A stretch of 64,000 bases of DNA, from NCBI GenBank assembly GCA_949300375.1, contig CASGEB010000002.1, positions 1,816-65,815 on the forward strand, written 5' to 3'. Below, in pieces: positions 48,248 to 57,928 of the stretch. A program made the position numbers and the translations under genes. Under the pieces are notes generated by a model. It was not told the origin of the DNA and made no database searches. It worked only from the letters and a program-made list of their open reading frames with translations. This DNA comes from an uncultured Pseudomonadota bacterium (GTDB lineage: Bacteria; Pseudomonadota; Alphaproteobacteria; RF32; CAG-239). Position 1 is the first letter of the stretch; each line of letters starts with the position of its first letter.

Positions 48248-49780
48248 ATGGAAACGCAGAGCGACACGCTTCAGCTTTTTAACAAACTGAAAAGTCAAAA
48301 AAAGGTCGAGGACATAAAATCCGCGTACTATTACGCGTGTCCTCGGCGTTATCCTGACAATAGAAAAGTCGTTGAAAACCTGACGGATTCAACGGCAATC
48401 ACAAGCGTTAACGACGCTGTGAAATCTATGCACAACTCAATTTATCCGCCTTTTCGTCAGTGGATTGTCCTGGTACCTGAGACGCCGATTCCTCCGGGAG
48501 AAGAAAACCGGTTTAAAAAGTGGGTGGCCGAAGCCGAAAAGAAAATGAGCCTGGCCGTTGAGTTGTCAAACTTTCATACAGAAATAGACGACACGCTGAC
48601 AGACGCGATGATTAGCGAAGGAGCCCTTCTTTTGCATGAGGGATCTGATGAAAATCCTTTTATTTTTGAAGCGGTACCCTGGGACAGATTTTTTTCAAAA
48701 CTGTCTTTTGACAAGCGTCCGGAAACAAATTTCTATTGGCGGACAGCCAGCTTTAACGAAATTAAGTATCGCTGGCCAAATGCCAAAGGGCTTGATGTGC
48801 TGGGCTCGCCTAAGGGCAGCGATTTGTTTGAGGTTGTCGAAGCAACGATTTATGACGATTTTAAAGATACCTATCGTTATGAAGTCTGGCTGAAAGATAA
48901 AAACGTCTGTATTTACCAAGAAGACGGTCTTGATTCCAGCCCCTGGAATGTTTACCGGATGGGCAAACAAATGTATTCTGACGTCGGATACGGTCCGGTT
49001 CGTGAAGTTTTGCCCGATATTAAAACCCTGGACAGAACCCAGGAACTGGTTTTGAAAAACGCCGCTTTCGCCATATCCGGGCTTTGGCAGGCTGATGACG
49101 ACGGCGTTATCAATCCGCGCACAATCAAGATCATTCCCGGCGGAATTATTCCAAAATCGGCCGGCTCAAAAGGCCTGCAGCCGCTGGAAACGAACCGGAA
49201 CTTTGATGTTTCGCAGATTGTCATTGCCGATAAGTCTGACAAAATCACAAAAGCCATTCAGGGCGACAAACTCCCGGATGCCAGCGACGGCGTGCGAACA
49301 GCTTATGAATATTCCACACGAAAAGAACAAGCTGCAAAGATTGAAATCCCTACTGTTTTGCGCCTGGCGCAACCAAACGCCCAGCTGGGAAAAAGAATGT
49401 TTGCCATCTTGAGCAGCCCGGGAAAACAAGGTTCGCCGTTTTATATTGAGCCTTTCAAATACACGTTGGAAGGCGAATTTGAAGAAATTTCGGTCAAAGT
49501 CAAAATGGCCAATCCTTTGATTGACCTTCAGAAGGAAATCGACAAGTCAAAAGAGCTGCAAACCCTTGGCAATGCCATGCAGCTGTTTGGAGATTTGCCG
49601 CTGCGGATGATTCAAAGGCCGGAATATGTCCGCGATTACATGGTGGACAATGGTTTTCCTGTTTCCCGGCTGCGGGAGCTTGACGAAGTCCAGGAAGAGC
49701 TTGCCGCAGAGCAGCAGGCCATAAACGAAGCCAAAGGCCGCGTCCTGGCTGAGGAGGAAAACAAAAATGCCAAACGCTGA
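48248..49780 (+). CDS. Putative portal protein
   Basis: Strong AAGGAGG ribosome-binding site. 510 aa. Position between terminase and scaffold. Confidence 0.55.
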   Translation: METQSDTLQLFNKLKSQKKVEDIKSAYYYACPRRYPDNRKVVENLTDSTAITSVNDAVKSMHNSIYPPFRQWIVLVPETPIPPGEENRFKKWVAEAEKKMSLAVELSNFHTEIDDTLTDAMISEGALLLHEGSDENPFIFEAVPWDRFFSKLSFDKRPETNFYWRTASFNEIKYRWPNAKGLDVLGSPKGSDLFEVVEATIYDDFKDTYRYEVWLKDKNVCIYQEDGLDSSPWNVYRMGKQMYSDVGYGPVREVLPDIKTLDRTQELVLKNAAFAISGLWQADDDGVINPRTIKIIPGGIIPKSAGSKGLQPLETNRNFDVSQIVIADKSDKITKAIQGDKLPDASDGVRTAYEYSTRKEQAAKIEIPTVLRLAQPNAQLGKRMFAILSSPGKQGSPFYIEPFKYTLEGEFEEISVKVKMANPLIDLQKEIDKSKELQTLGNAMQLFGDLPLRMIQRPEYVRDYMVDNGFPVSRLRELDEVQEELAAEQQAINEAKGRVLAEEENKNAKR

Positions 49781-49961
49781 TTATAACGAGCGCAAAAGAG
49801 CATATAACAGCGCCGAAGTCGCATTGGTGCGCAAGGATTTGGAAAGCCTGGCGGATTCAATGATCGGTGATTTTGAAATATCGGACGAGCGACTGCGTAC
49901 CTTATACGGCCTGCTTTGCACGATTAAAAGAATGAAAAACTTTACTAAAACGGAGGAATAA
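49767..49961 (+). CDS. Small hypothetical phage protein
   Basis: 64-aa ORF overlapping the portal 3' end. Confidence 0.25.
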   Translation: MPNADYNERKRAYNSAEVALVRKDLESLADSMIGDFEISDERLRTLYGLLCTIKRMKNFTKTEE

Positions 49962-49962
49962 A

Positions 49963-50685
49963 ATGCCAGATCTTGATAATACTCAGGAGAATATGAATGA
50001 AAATCAGGGAAGATTTGTTGAATACGACGGACAAAAGCTCGAAGTCGAAGAAAACTTTTGGGATAAGGAAAAAAACGAAGTCAACGTCGGGGCGCTGCTT
50101 AAATCACAGCAGGATCTTCGGAAGCAGGTCAGTAGCGATCCAAGCCCAAAAGACGGCTATGTCTGCAATATCCCTGAGGAATACAAAGAAATCCTTGAAC
50201 CTGACGCTAACAGCCCGCTTTGGAAAGTAGCCGTCGCCTGGGCCAAAGAACACAAAATCAGCCAGGCAGACTTTGACGAGCTGGCACGTCCTTATTTTGA
50301 CGAGCTGGCCGCTCCGCTTAAAAACTATAAAGAAGAGCTGGCTAATGAAGAAGCGAAGCTGGACAAGCTTTATGGCAACAAAAAACAGGAAGTTAAAGAA
50401 AGAATAAAAAATTTCTTTAAAAACAGCGGATTGTCAAACGATAATGAGGTAATGAATGAAGTCGGAATTTTGACGCAGACGGCTGCCGGCATTCGCGTTT
50501 TGGATACGCTGATCAAAAAATCGCCGTCCGGAATGGCCATGATTGCCGGAAGCAGCTCCGCTCCGGCCGAATATTCCAAAGAGCAGCTGCAGGCAATGAT
50601 GAAAGATCCGCGCTATTGGCGTGACCATGAACCCGGCTATGTTAAAATCATAACCGACGGCTTTAAGAAACTTTACGGAGAATAG
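49963..50685 (+). CDS. Putative scaffolding protein
   Basis: Acidic, predicted helical, 240 aa. Lies between portal and capsid genes. Confidence 0.45.
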   Translation: MPDLDNTQENMNENQGRFVEYDGQKLEVEENFWDKEKNEVNVGALLKSQQDLRKQVSSDPSPKDGYVCNIPEEYKEILEPDANSPLWKVAVAWAKEHKISQADFDELARPYFDELAAPLKNYKEELANEEAKLDKLYGNKKQEVKERIKNFFKNSGLSNDNEVMNEVGILTQTAAGIRVLDTLIKKSPSGMAMIAGSSSAPAEYSKEQLQAMMKDPRYWRDHEPGYVKIITDGFKKLYGE

Positions 50686-50686
50686 T

Positions 50687-50875
50687 ATGACAGACGAGGA
50701 TATTGAGGGCCTGGTTAAGGCTTGCGAGCGTTTGGGGGCGGAAATTGAGACCTGTATTAACCTCTTGTCCAGCCGGGACGAGATTGACAAGCGTTGTCTG
50801 TCAATTGCCAAAACAAATTTGCAAACCGGCGTTATGTGGCTGAAACGCAGCATTTTGCAGCCGGACGGCTTTTAG
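50687..50875 (+). CDS. Small hypothetical phage protein
   Basis: 62-aa ORF. Confidence 0.25.
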   Translation: MTDEDIEGLVKACERLGAEIETCINLLSSRDEIDKRCLSIAKTNLQTGVMWLKRSILQPDGF

Positions 50876-51006
50876 AAGGCAATCAGATAATCTTAAAAGA
50901 ACACCCCTGTGGGGGTGTTCTTGTTTATGATAAAAAGTATTGTTGACATTGTCATCTATCTGAAATATAATGAATGACAAATGAATACATTTTAAAGGAG
51001 GGAAAC

Positions 51007-51285
51007 ATGCGTACAGTCGTTCAGGCCAGAATAGATGAGAAAAGCCGTAAAGCTGCGGAAGAAATTTTTCGCCGCATGGGTATGAGTTTATCTGACGGCA
51101 TCCGTATTTTTATTCATCAGGTTGTTAATGATCAAGCGCTGCCGTTTCGGCCGAGCCTTGGTGACGAACCGAGTGAAGAGTTGAGGCGCGAGCTGTTGCA
51201 AGCTGAAGAGGATATTAAAGCCGGACGTTTAGAGCACTATGACAGCGTTGATGATTTTATTGCTGCTATGAAAAGGGATGACTAA
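51007..51285 (+). CDS. dinJ: Type II antitoxin, RelB/DinJ family
   Basis: MRTVVQARIDEKSRKAAEEIFRRMGMSLSDGIRIF. AAGGAGGG ribosome-binding site. Overlaps the toxin gene in a TAATG arrangement. Confidence 0.8.
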   Translation: MRTVVQARIDEKSRKAAEEIFRRMGMSLSDGIRIFIHQVVNDQALPFRPSLGDEPSEELRRELLQAEEDIKAGRLEHYDSVDDFIAAMKRDD

Positions 51286-51557
51286 TGAGGACAGTAGAGT
51301 TTTCAACGCGCTTCCGTCGGGACTATAAATTGTGCCAGAAACAAGGCAAAGATATGGAAAAATTGCATACCGTGTTAAAAATACTGGAATCCGGAGAGCC
51401 AATCCCGAGCCAGTATCGGGATCATCCGTTAAGTAATAACTGGAAAGGGTATCGTGATTTGCATATTGAGCCGGATTGGGTGCTGATTTATAAAGAAATT
51501 GGCAATACGGTCGTTGTCGTTGTTACAACCGGAAGCCATGCAAAGCTTTTCAAATAA
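51285..51557 (+). CDS. yafQ: Type II toxin, YafQ family mRNA interferase
   Basis: HPLSNNWKGYRDLHIEPDWVLIYK...VVTTGSHAKLF matches the YafQ signature. Confidence 0.8.
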   Translation: MRTVEFSTRFRRDYKLCQKQGKDMEKLHTVLKILESGEPIPSQYRDHPLSNNWKGYRDLHIEPDWVLIYKEIGNTVVVVVTTGSHAKLFK

Positions 51558-51587
51558 ACAAAGGGCGGAATTCCGCCCTTTGTTTTT
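51558..51587 (+). terminator. Rho-independent terminator after yafQ
   Basis: AAAGGGCGG-AATT-CCGCCCTTT followed by GTTTTT. Confidence 0.8.
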
Positions 51588-51772
51588 AATTGATTCTTAA
51601 ATCCCGACGTTATATAAAGAAAAAGCCCGGTGATTGCAGCACCGGACGTTTCTTAACTTTAGAAAGGGGTTAACCTTACCTTAACTTCTTCCTGTGAGGT
51701 TAAGATAACCTATTTGGCATAAAATGTCAATAGGGAAAGGTTTTCCCCTTTCGCATGACGAAAGGAGTAATA

Positions 51773-51835
51773 ATGAGAATAAAAATTATTCTGGTTATTC
51801 GGAAAATCCGAATTTTCCTGTCTATTAAAAGATAA
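51773..51835 (+). CDS. Candidate 20-aa cationic hydrophobic peptide (MRIKIILVIRKIRIFLSIKR)
   Basis: AAAGGAG ribosome-binding site 7 nt upstream of the ATG. Lies between two terminators. Speculative. Confidence 0.25.
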   Translation: MRIKIILVIRKIRIFLSIKR

Positions 51836-51841
51836 GGAAGG

Positions 51842-51872
51842 CAAAGGGCGGAAATTCCGCCCTTTGTTTTTT
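51842..51872 (+). terminator. Second copy of the GGGCGGAA(A)TTCCGCCC terminator hairpin
   Basis: CAAAGGGCGGAAATTCCGCCCTTTG followed by TTTTTT. Overlaps the stop of the minus-strand membrane gene. Confidence 0.75.
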
Positions 51873-52326
51873 ACCAACGATAAAGTTTTGCGACAATCGC
51901 TAAAAGCAAGACTGATATAATTGCCAATAATATGTTTGTTGTTCCTGCTTTGATTGCCAAAGATTTGGCTTTTGCAACACCATATTTGAGCTTTTCCCAA
52001 TAAGTATATAACCTTTCTTTGAGGTCGGATATGCTTATTTTCGGCAATGTTTCCTTTTTTCTTGCCAGCCTGACCATAAATCTGACGAAATAAAAAAGAT
52101 ATGCCCAGAAAAGGAAAACCGCCATTTGGACAATATATACCCTGAAAATGTTATACGCGAGGTGATACCGACAAGAGCCCTGGCAATCATCAAGTGCAAA
52201 AATAATTAATATTGAAACGCATACAGAGCCGGCAGCAATAAGCTTTAGCAACCGTTTATTTGTTTGCCTGAACCAAGCGGCAATAAATATAATAAACAAG
52301 ATATAAATAAAATTATTTGGCGACAT
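51871..52326 (-). CDS. Small polytopic membrane protein (moron; candidate superinfection-exclusion or holin-like protein)
   Basis: 151 aa with 3-4 TM helices. Opposite strand to the flanking phage genes. Bracketed by terminators. Confidence 0.4.
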   Translation of the reverse strand: MSPNNFIYILFIIFIAAWFRQTNKRLLKLIAAGSVCVSILIIFALDDCQGSCRYHLAYNIFRVYIVQMAVFLFWAYLFYFVRFMVRLARKKETLPKISISDLKERLYTYWEKLKYGVAKAKSLAIKAGTTNILLAIISVLLLAIVAKLYRW

Positions 52327-52584
52327 GTCTTTCCCTTTCGTCTATTATTGCAGCATAGGATATAATTAATTATTGACATTATCTTAAAGGCGTAGTAATT
52401 TCTTTGTCAAGAGGTTAAAAAACTCTTGCTGAGAACGGTACCCTCCGTTAAGTGGTTTTTTTTATGTCCTATTTGCCGGAGGGGGTGAATATATTGAATA
52501 AACCCACCCTGATTCTTAGCAGGTTTTTTACCTCCGGCGCCTTAGACGTTCTAAGGCAACCTTGTAAAAAAAAGGCTAAGAAAA

Positions 52585-53427
52585 ATGAATGAAGTATCTA
52601 TTTTTGATTTTAAAGAGAATCCTATCCGGGTTCAGACGATTGATAATTTCCCCTGGTTTTGTCTGGCAGACTGCTGCCGGGTTCTTGAATTAACCAATCC
52701 CCGCAAGGTCGCAACACAATTGGTTGCGGATGGGGTAACTAAAAGTTACGCCATTGATAAGCTTGGTCGCGAACAGCCGGATACATATTTTATCAACGAA
52801 CCGAATCTTTACCGCTTAATTTTTCGCAGCAACAAACCGACGGCTCAGGCTTTTGCCGACTGGGTTTATTCCGACGTTCTTCCCACCCTGCGCCAGACTG
52901 GCGAATATACACTCAAAAAGAATGAGGAAATTGACGATATTCCGATGGAATATGATGAAACAAACATCCAGGTGGCCGAATTTGAGCTGCGGGCCATCAA
53001 AATCATCTGTCAGCTTTTTGGACGGGATGCGGCAAAACAGGCTTATCTGGCCTCGAAATATCTGCCAAAGCCGATTTATGCCGTTGACGGCAAGAAGGAC
53101 GCTTCGGCTCTTGCCTGTCTGGAATATCTGAAAACAATGCTGGTCAGCGGTTATCCGGTTTGCCGCGTGATTGATAAAAAAGCGGTTGAAATGTTAAAAC
53201 CGGCCGGAATGGATATTGTGGACGACAACGTCGCAATTGCGACTTCGGGCAAAGAAGTCGCCCGGCATTTTGCAAATTCCCGTTGGGCGAACAACTGGGC
53301 TGCTACGCTCCTGGAGCTTCCACACTGCGAGCGCGGCCGGGCCGCCAAGCGTTTTGCGGGGCTTACCGCAAAATATATTTTAGTTCCAACTTTTTATTTT
53401 AGGGAAAATGAAAATGCAAAAAATTAG
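52585..53427 (+). CDS. Bro-N domain antirepressor-like protein
   Basis: N-terminal FDF..NPIRV..DN.PWFCLADCCRVLEL...NEPNLYRLIFRSNKPTAQAFADWVYSDVLPTLRQTGEY matches the BRO-N domain. Confidence 0.7.
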   Translation: MNEVSIFDFKENPIRVQTIDNFPWFCLADCCRVLELTNPRKVATQLVADGVTKSYAIDKLGREQPDTYFINEPNLYRLIFRSNKPTAQAFADWVYSDVLPTLRQTGEYTLKKNEEIDDIPMEYDETNIQVAEFELRAIKIICQLFGRDAAKQAYLASKYLPKPIYAVDGKKDASALACLEYLKTMLVSGYPVCRVIDKKAVEMLKPAGMDIVDDNVAIATSGKEVARHFANSRWANNWAATLLELPHCERGRAAKRFAGLTAKYILVPTFYFRENENAKN

Positions 53428-53653
53428 ATTTACCAAAATGTTTTGTTTCGGCCTGGTGGAAGAAGACAAGTTTATCGGCGGTTTTGAGCGCGAGCTTACC
53501 TTTTTGCCTGAAGTTTATCAGTTCTTTTTGTGGAAATTTGCCAGACACCGCGGCAAGGTGGCCTTTTTGAACAAACTGGGAAAGCCGGTATTTATCGACC
53601 CGGCAGACATGACGCCCGATGAACGCGAATATTGGGGCGTTGAACAAAAATAG
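53408..53653 (+). CDS. Small hypothetical phage protein
   Basis: 81-aa ORF. Confidence 0.3.
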   Translation: MKMQKIRFTKMFCFGLVEEDKFIGGFERELTFLPEVYQFFLWKFARHRGKVAFLNKLGKPVFIDPADMTPDEREYWGVEQK

Positions 53654-53956
53654 TTTTTATATAAAAAAATGATAATAATGACAATTTTGTATTGACAAAG
53701 TTGTCATTATTCTTTTATGCTGTCGGTATGGGGCGGCGGAAAAGTATTTCCCTTGTAGTTTTTTCCATATAATTAGATTTCAAGGCTCCTGATCAAAAAT
53801 CACCAATCCCTCCGCCCCGCCACAGGCATATCATTAGCCAGACCCTGTGCGTATCGGCCTCATTTTTGATAGTTTTTTTGAGGTTGCGCATGGGGTTTTT
53901 CTCCTTTCTTAAACCTCAAAAAAAAGTGTTTAACATTTTTTTAAGAGGTTTTTAAA

Positions 53957-54814
53957 ATGCCCGAAACTCATGATATATCCGCCTCTTTTGTGGCGCAGTA
54001 TGAAAGCGAAGTGTTTGTTGCCTATCAGATGAAAGGCTCCAAACTGCGTTCTACCATCCGCAGCAAAAGCAATGTCAAAGGCGAATCTACGACCTTCCAG
54101 AAAGTTGGCAAAGGCACGGCCGGCGCAAAAGCACGGCACGGCAATGTCCCGGTTATGAATATTGACCATACGCCGGTTAAATGTACGCTGGTTGACCGCT
54201 ATGCCGGCGATTATGTCGACAAGCTGGACGAACTGAAGATCAACCACGATGAAAAGCAGGTGATTGTCGATGCCGGAGCTTATGCTCTCGGCCGCGAAAC
54301 CGACGCTCAAATCATCACCGAGCTGGCCAAAACCACCAACACCATCGGCGCCGGCACCTCGGCCCTGACCAAAGACCTGGTTTTGCAGGCCTTTGCCCTG
54401 ATGAACAGCAAAGACGTTCCTGATGACGGCCAGCGTTTCGGCGTTGTTTCTCCGGCACAATGGAACGATCTTTTGAAAATTGAAGAATTTTCAAAATCAA
54501 ATTATATCGGTGATGATCTGCCTTTCCTGAAAGGCAGCGAAAGCCGCAAATGGCTTGGCATTACCTGGATTATGCACACCGGTTTGCCGATTACAGGAAC
54601 CGTCCGCACCAACTTTATTTATCACAAAACGGCTCTGGGCCATGCCTCCGGACAGGATATTACCTCTGATATAACCTGGGTGGGTGAAAAAGCCTCCTGG
54701 TTTATCAACAACATGATGAGCATGGGCGCTTGTCTGATTGATTCGGACGGTGTTATTGCCATCAAATGCCTGGATAGTTCCGGTACAGCTGCTGAAGAAG
54801 ACGGAGGTGCTTAA
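53957..54814 (+). CDS. Major capsid protein, T7 gp10-like
   Basis: AAGAGG ribosome-binding site. Residue pattern resembles the T7 gp10 N-terminal half. TGACAAAGTTGTCA operator-like site about 250 bp upstream. Confidence 0.55.
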   Translation: MPETHDISASFVAQYESEVFVAYQMKGSKLRSTIRSKSNVKGESTTFQKVGKGTAGAKARHGNVPVMNIDHTPVKCTLVDRYAGDYVDKLDELKINHDEKQVIVDAGAYALGRETDAQIITELAKTTNTIGAGTSALTKDLVLQAFALMNSKDVPDDGQRFGVVSPAQWNDLLKIEEFSKSNYIGDDLPFLKGSESRKWLGITWIMHTGLPITGTVRTNFIYHKTALGHASGQDITSDITWVGEKASWFINNMMSMGACLIDSDGVIAIKCLDSSGTAAEEDGGA

Positions 54815-55284
54815 TGCGGAATATGCAAAACCTTAATCTGGTGGTTTTTGCCGGTTCTTTCTCAATGTTTTATTATGAACTTGAAAAAGGAAAAACGTTT
54901 TCCGATGTTTGCAAGCTTGGCTTTTTCTATGACTGCCAGGCTCGCCCCGGCGATGTCATCTTTGTTAAAGACGGCGACAAAACATATCAGACCCGGCTTC
55001 TGAAGGGCGGCACCATTGAAAACATGGCAGCCGCCGCAGCTGATCCGGCAAGCCTGATTAATGACGCTTTGATTACGGCTGTAGCACAACGCCTGGCCGA
55101 AATTGCCAAGTCCAAAAACGGCAAAGACGAGGAAAACCTCGTGTTTGAGGCTATTCCGGACACGCAGATGCTGGTTGTTAAAGATGAAGCCGTCAGCACC
55201 AACTTCAAAAACCTTTCCGAAACCCTCAACGATGTTCTGGCAACCCTGCGGGCGGCCGGAATAATTGACGACGGCCAGGAATAA
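54814..55284 (+). CDS. Hypothetical virion protein
   Basis: 156-aa ORF between the capsid and tail tubular genes. Confidence 0.35.
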   Translation: MRNMQNLNLVVFAGSFSMFYYELEKGKTFSDVCKLGFFYDCQARPGDVIFVKDGDKTYQTRLLKGGTIENMAAAAADPASLINDALITAVAQRLAEIAKSKNGKDEENLVFEAIPDTQMLVVKDEAVSTNFKNLSETLNDVLATLRAAGIIDDGQE

Positions 55285-55302
55285 AAATCGGGAGCCGGTA
55301 GA

Positions 55303-55860
55303 ATGGACAACATACAAATTGCAAATCTGGCCTTAATCGGTCTGGGATGTGAACCGATTTCCTCCTTTGACGAAGGAACAACGGAAGCAACCGTTATATC
55401 GGCAACGTTTGACGCCCTGCTTAATGCAACGCTGTCAAGTTATCCCTGGCGTTTTTGCACGGTGTCGGAAGACATAGCGCGCCTGAACGCAGAAACCAAA
55501 AGCGGGTTTAAGTACGTCTACCAGCTCCCGAACAATTTTTTGCGGGCCATTGCTCTGGTTGACCGCGGAGACGACGCTGATTTCGGCATTGTCGGCAATA
55601 CGCTGGTGACCGACGCGGAAGCACCGACGCTGACTTATACGGCAAAGGTTCCGCCGGAACAGCTGCCGGATTATTTTATCGAAGTCTTTGTCGACAAGCT
55701 GCAGGCCAAAAACGCCATTGCCCTGACCGGCGACAAAGCCATGGGAACTTATTTTCAGCGTTGTTATGACAGCGACAGCGTTATTGCCCGTTCCCGGGAC
55801 GCCCAGCAGGCCACAACCCAGGTCTTTACCAACGATATTCTTTTAGACTGCAGGAAATAG
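55303..55860 (+). CDS. Tail tubular protein A, T7 gp11-like
   Basis: 185 aa. IANLALIGLGCEPISSFDEG...PWRF resembles T7 gp11 LASIGEPPVSTLEG...GWTF. Confidence 0.55.
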   Translation: MDNIQIANLALIGLGCEPISSFDEGTTEATVISATFDALLNATLSSYPWRFCTVSEDIARLNAETKSGFKYVYQLPNNFLRAIALVDRGDDADFGIVGNTLVTDAEAPTLTYTAKVPPEQLPDYFIEVFVDKLQAKNAIALTGDKAMGTYFQRCYDSDSVIARSRDAQQATTQVFTNDILLDCRK

Positions 55861-55861
55861 C

Positions 55862-57928
55862 ATGGAAAATAAAGCGCCGGCACAACAGTTTACTTTAAGT
55901 TCCGGAATTTTGGACGACCCGATGGAAGCCAGGCAGGATCTGAAAACATATTTTTCCGGAGCCAGCCAGCTTTTGAATTTTATCTGCCAGCCTCTGGGCG
56001 GCGTGACGCTGCGGGGCGGGCTTAAAACCTATATGGAAATTCCGGAAATGGCAAACGGTGAAAAGCTTGCCCGTTTTGAGCTCAATGCCCAAACGGGCTA
56101 TTTGTGCGTCTGCACCGACAAAAAGCTGCAAATTATCCGCGATGCCGTGGTCAAAAGCACCATTACAACGGATTATCTCGGCACCGACGTTCGGGATCTG
56201 GATTTGAATCAGTCGCTAGATACCATCATTATCACGTCGGAAAAATACAAAACCAAGACGCTGGTTTACAAAAGCGACACGGAATGGACTTTTGCCGATG
56301 CCAATTTTACGGCGCCGCCGCAGGTTACTTTCCCCGATACGACCGGCGGCCGAAACGAGAAACAACGGCTAAAGTTCAGCTCAGCCGCGGCAAACAACAG
56401 TTTTCGTCTGAAGCTTGAAGGGTATCAGACCGCTTCTATTGTCTGGTCTGGTGATGCCAATACAAACGCAAACCGGATTAAAGAGGTTTTGAACGACCTC
56501 GAAATCCTGGACAGTGTTAACGGCGGCGTTACAGTAACACCGAACAATGGCGAATATGATGTTGAATTTGTCGGCACGGACGGCAAAAAAAGCTGGGAAG
56601 ACATCATCATTTCAATCGAAGACGCTTCCGACCAATGCCGGGTTTATACAAAATGCATTCAGGACGGACAGCCTCCGCTGGAAGACCTGTGGAGCGACAC
56701 GCGCGGCTGGCCTTTTTCTTCCTGCTATTATCAGGGGCGCTGCGTTTTTGGCGGCTGCCAGGCCAGAAACAACCTGGTGGCCATATCGCAGACAACGCAG
56801 GCTTTCAGCTTTCGGCAAACCGATGAAATGCTTGATGACGAAGCCTGCCTTTTGACGGCCGACGGCGAAGGAAACTCCCACGTTTACCGCGTTTTGGGTA
56901 TGGAAAAACTCTTTGCCTTCACCGATAAAGGCGTTTTTGTTGTTCCGGAAAGCCCGATTACACCGGCTTCGGCTTATACCGTGCAGCATACCGACGTCCC
57001 CTGCGCGCCGATCCGTCCGGTGGCTATTGACGGCGATATTATTTATGTGACGCGTTCAAACGACGGTGTAAACCTTTCTGTGGCCTCGATTTCTTATAAT
57101 TACGAAGCCGAAAAGTATCGAACCGACGATTTGGCGCTGTTGGCTTATTCGGTGATGCGGACGCCGATTGCCATTGATGTCCGGCGTTCTACCCGGCGCA
57201 ACAATGCAACCTATCTTTATGTCGTCAATGAAGACGGCACTTTGGCCATTTTAAACACCAAAAAAAGCCAGGAACTGAACGGCTGGACAATCTGCACCAC
57301 CCCGAACGGCTGGTTTCGCGATGTTTGCGTTATCAATGACACGGCTTTTTTTGTGGTTGAACGCGAAATTTTGGGAGAGCGCCGCTGGTTTGTGGAAATC
57401 TGGGATGACGAAGCCCGGCTTGATCTTTCGGTTACGCTGAGCAGCGACACGGCAAAAAGCGTCTGGACTGACGAAAGCCTGGAAATTTACAACGGTCTGA
57501 CCGTCGGGGTTTATGCCAACGGTTTGGCTTATGGCGAAGCTGTGGTTGAAAACAATACGCTTGAGCTTGATTTTCCGGTCAATGAAATTGAAGTCGGCTT
57601 TCCTTTTGAATGGGATATCACAACGCTGCCGGTTGTGGCCGAACTGACCGACGGAACGCTTATCGGCAACCGGCACCGGCTGCCGAAAGTGACGCTCAGG
57701 GTACAGAATTCGGCCGGCATTACAATCGGAAAACAAAAAATCTGTAACCGATTTTTCGGACGAAACAACATTTTCAGCCCGGAACAAGCCGTTATCAACG
57801 GCACGGTTACCGTCCGCCAGCTGGGATACGGCGGCGGAAACAGGGATGATTTGGGAAGAGTTAAGCTGACGGGCACCAGTCTGCAGCCGATGACTTTGCT
57901 TTCTATTACGGTGGAGGTGATTCAATGA
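55862..57928 (+). CDS. Tail tubular protein B, T7 gp12-like
   Basis: 688 aa. Immediately follows the gp11-like gene. Confidence 0.45.
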   Translation: MENKAPAQQFTLSSGILDDPMEARQDLKTYFSGASQLLNFICQPLGGVTLRGGLKTYMEIPEMANGEKLARFELNAQTGYLCVCTDKKLQIIRDAVVKSTITTDYLGTDVRDLDLNQSLDTIIITSEKYKTKTLVYKSDTEWTFADANFTAPPQVTFPDTTGGRNEKQRLKFSSAAANNSFRLKLEGYQTASIVWSGDANTNANRIKEVLNDLEILDSVNGGVTVTPNNGEYDVEFVGTDGKKSWEDIIISIEDASDQCRVYTKCIQDGQPPLEDLWSDTRGWPFSSCYYQGRCVFGGCQARNNLVAISQTTQAFSFRQTDEMLDDEACLLTADGEGNSHVYRVLGMEKLFAFTDKGVFVVPESPITPASAYTVQHTDVPCAPIRPVAIDGDIIYVTRSNDGVNLSVASISYNYEAEKYRTDDLALLAYSVMRTPIAIDVRRSTRRNNATYLYVVNEDGTLAILNTKKSQELNGWTICTTPNGWFRDVCVINDTAFFVVEREILGERRWFVEIWDDEARLDLSVTLSSDTAKSVWTDESLEIYNGLTVGVYANGLAYGEAVVENNTLELDFPVNEIEVGFPFEWDITTLPVVAELTDGTLIGNRHRLPKVTLRVQNSAGITIGKQKICNRFFGRNNIFSPEQAVINGTVTVRQLGYGGGNRDDLGRVKLTGTSLQPMTLLSITVEVIQ

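Noticed and set aside
51710-52000. 96-aa minus-strand ORF overlapping the terminator region and the 3' end of the membrane-protein gene
   Set aside because: It overlaps a better-supported gene and two terminator hairpins, and is likely spurious.
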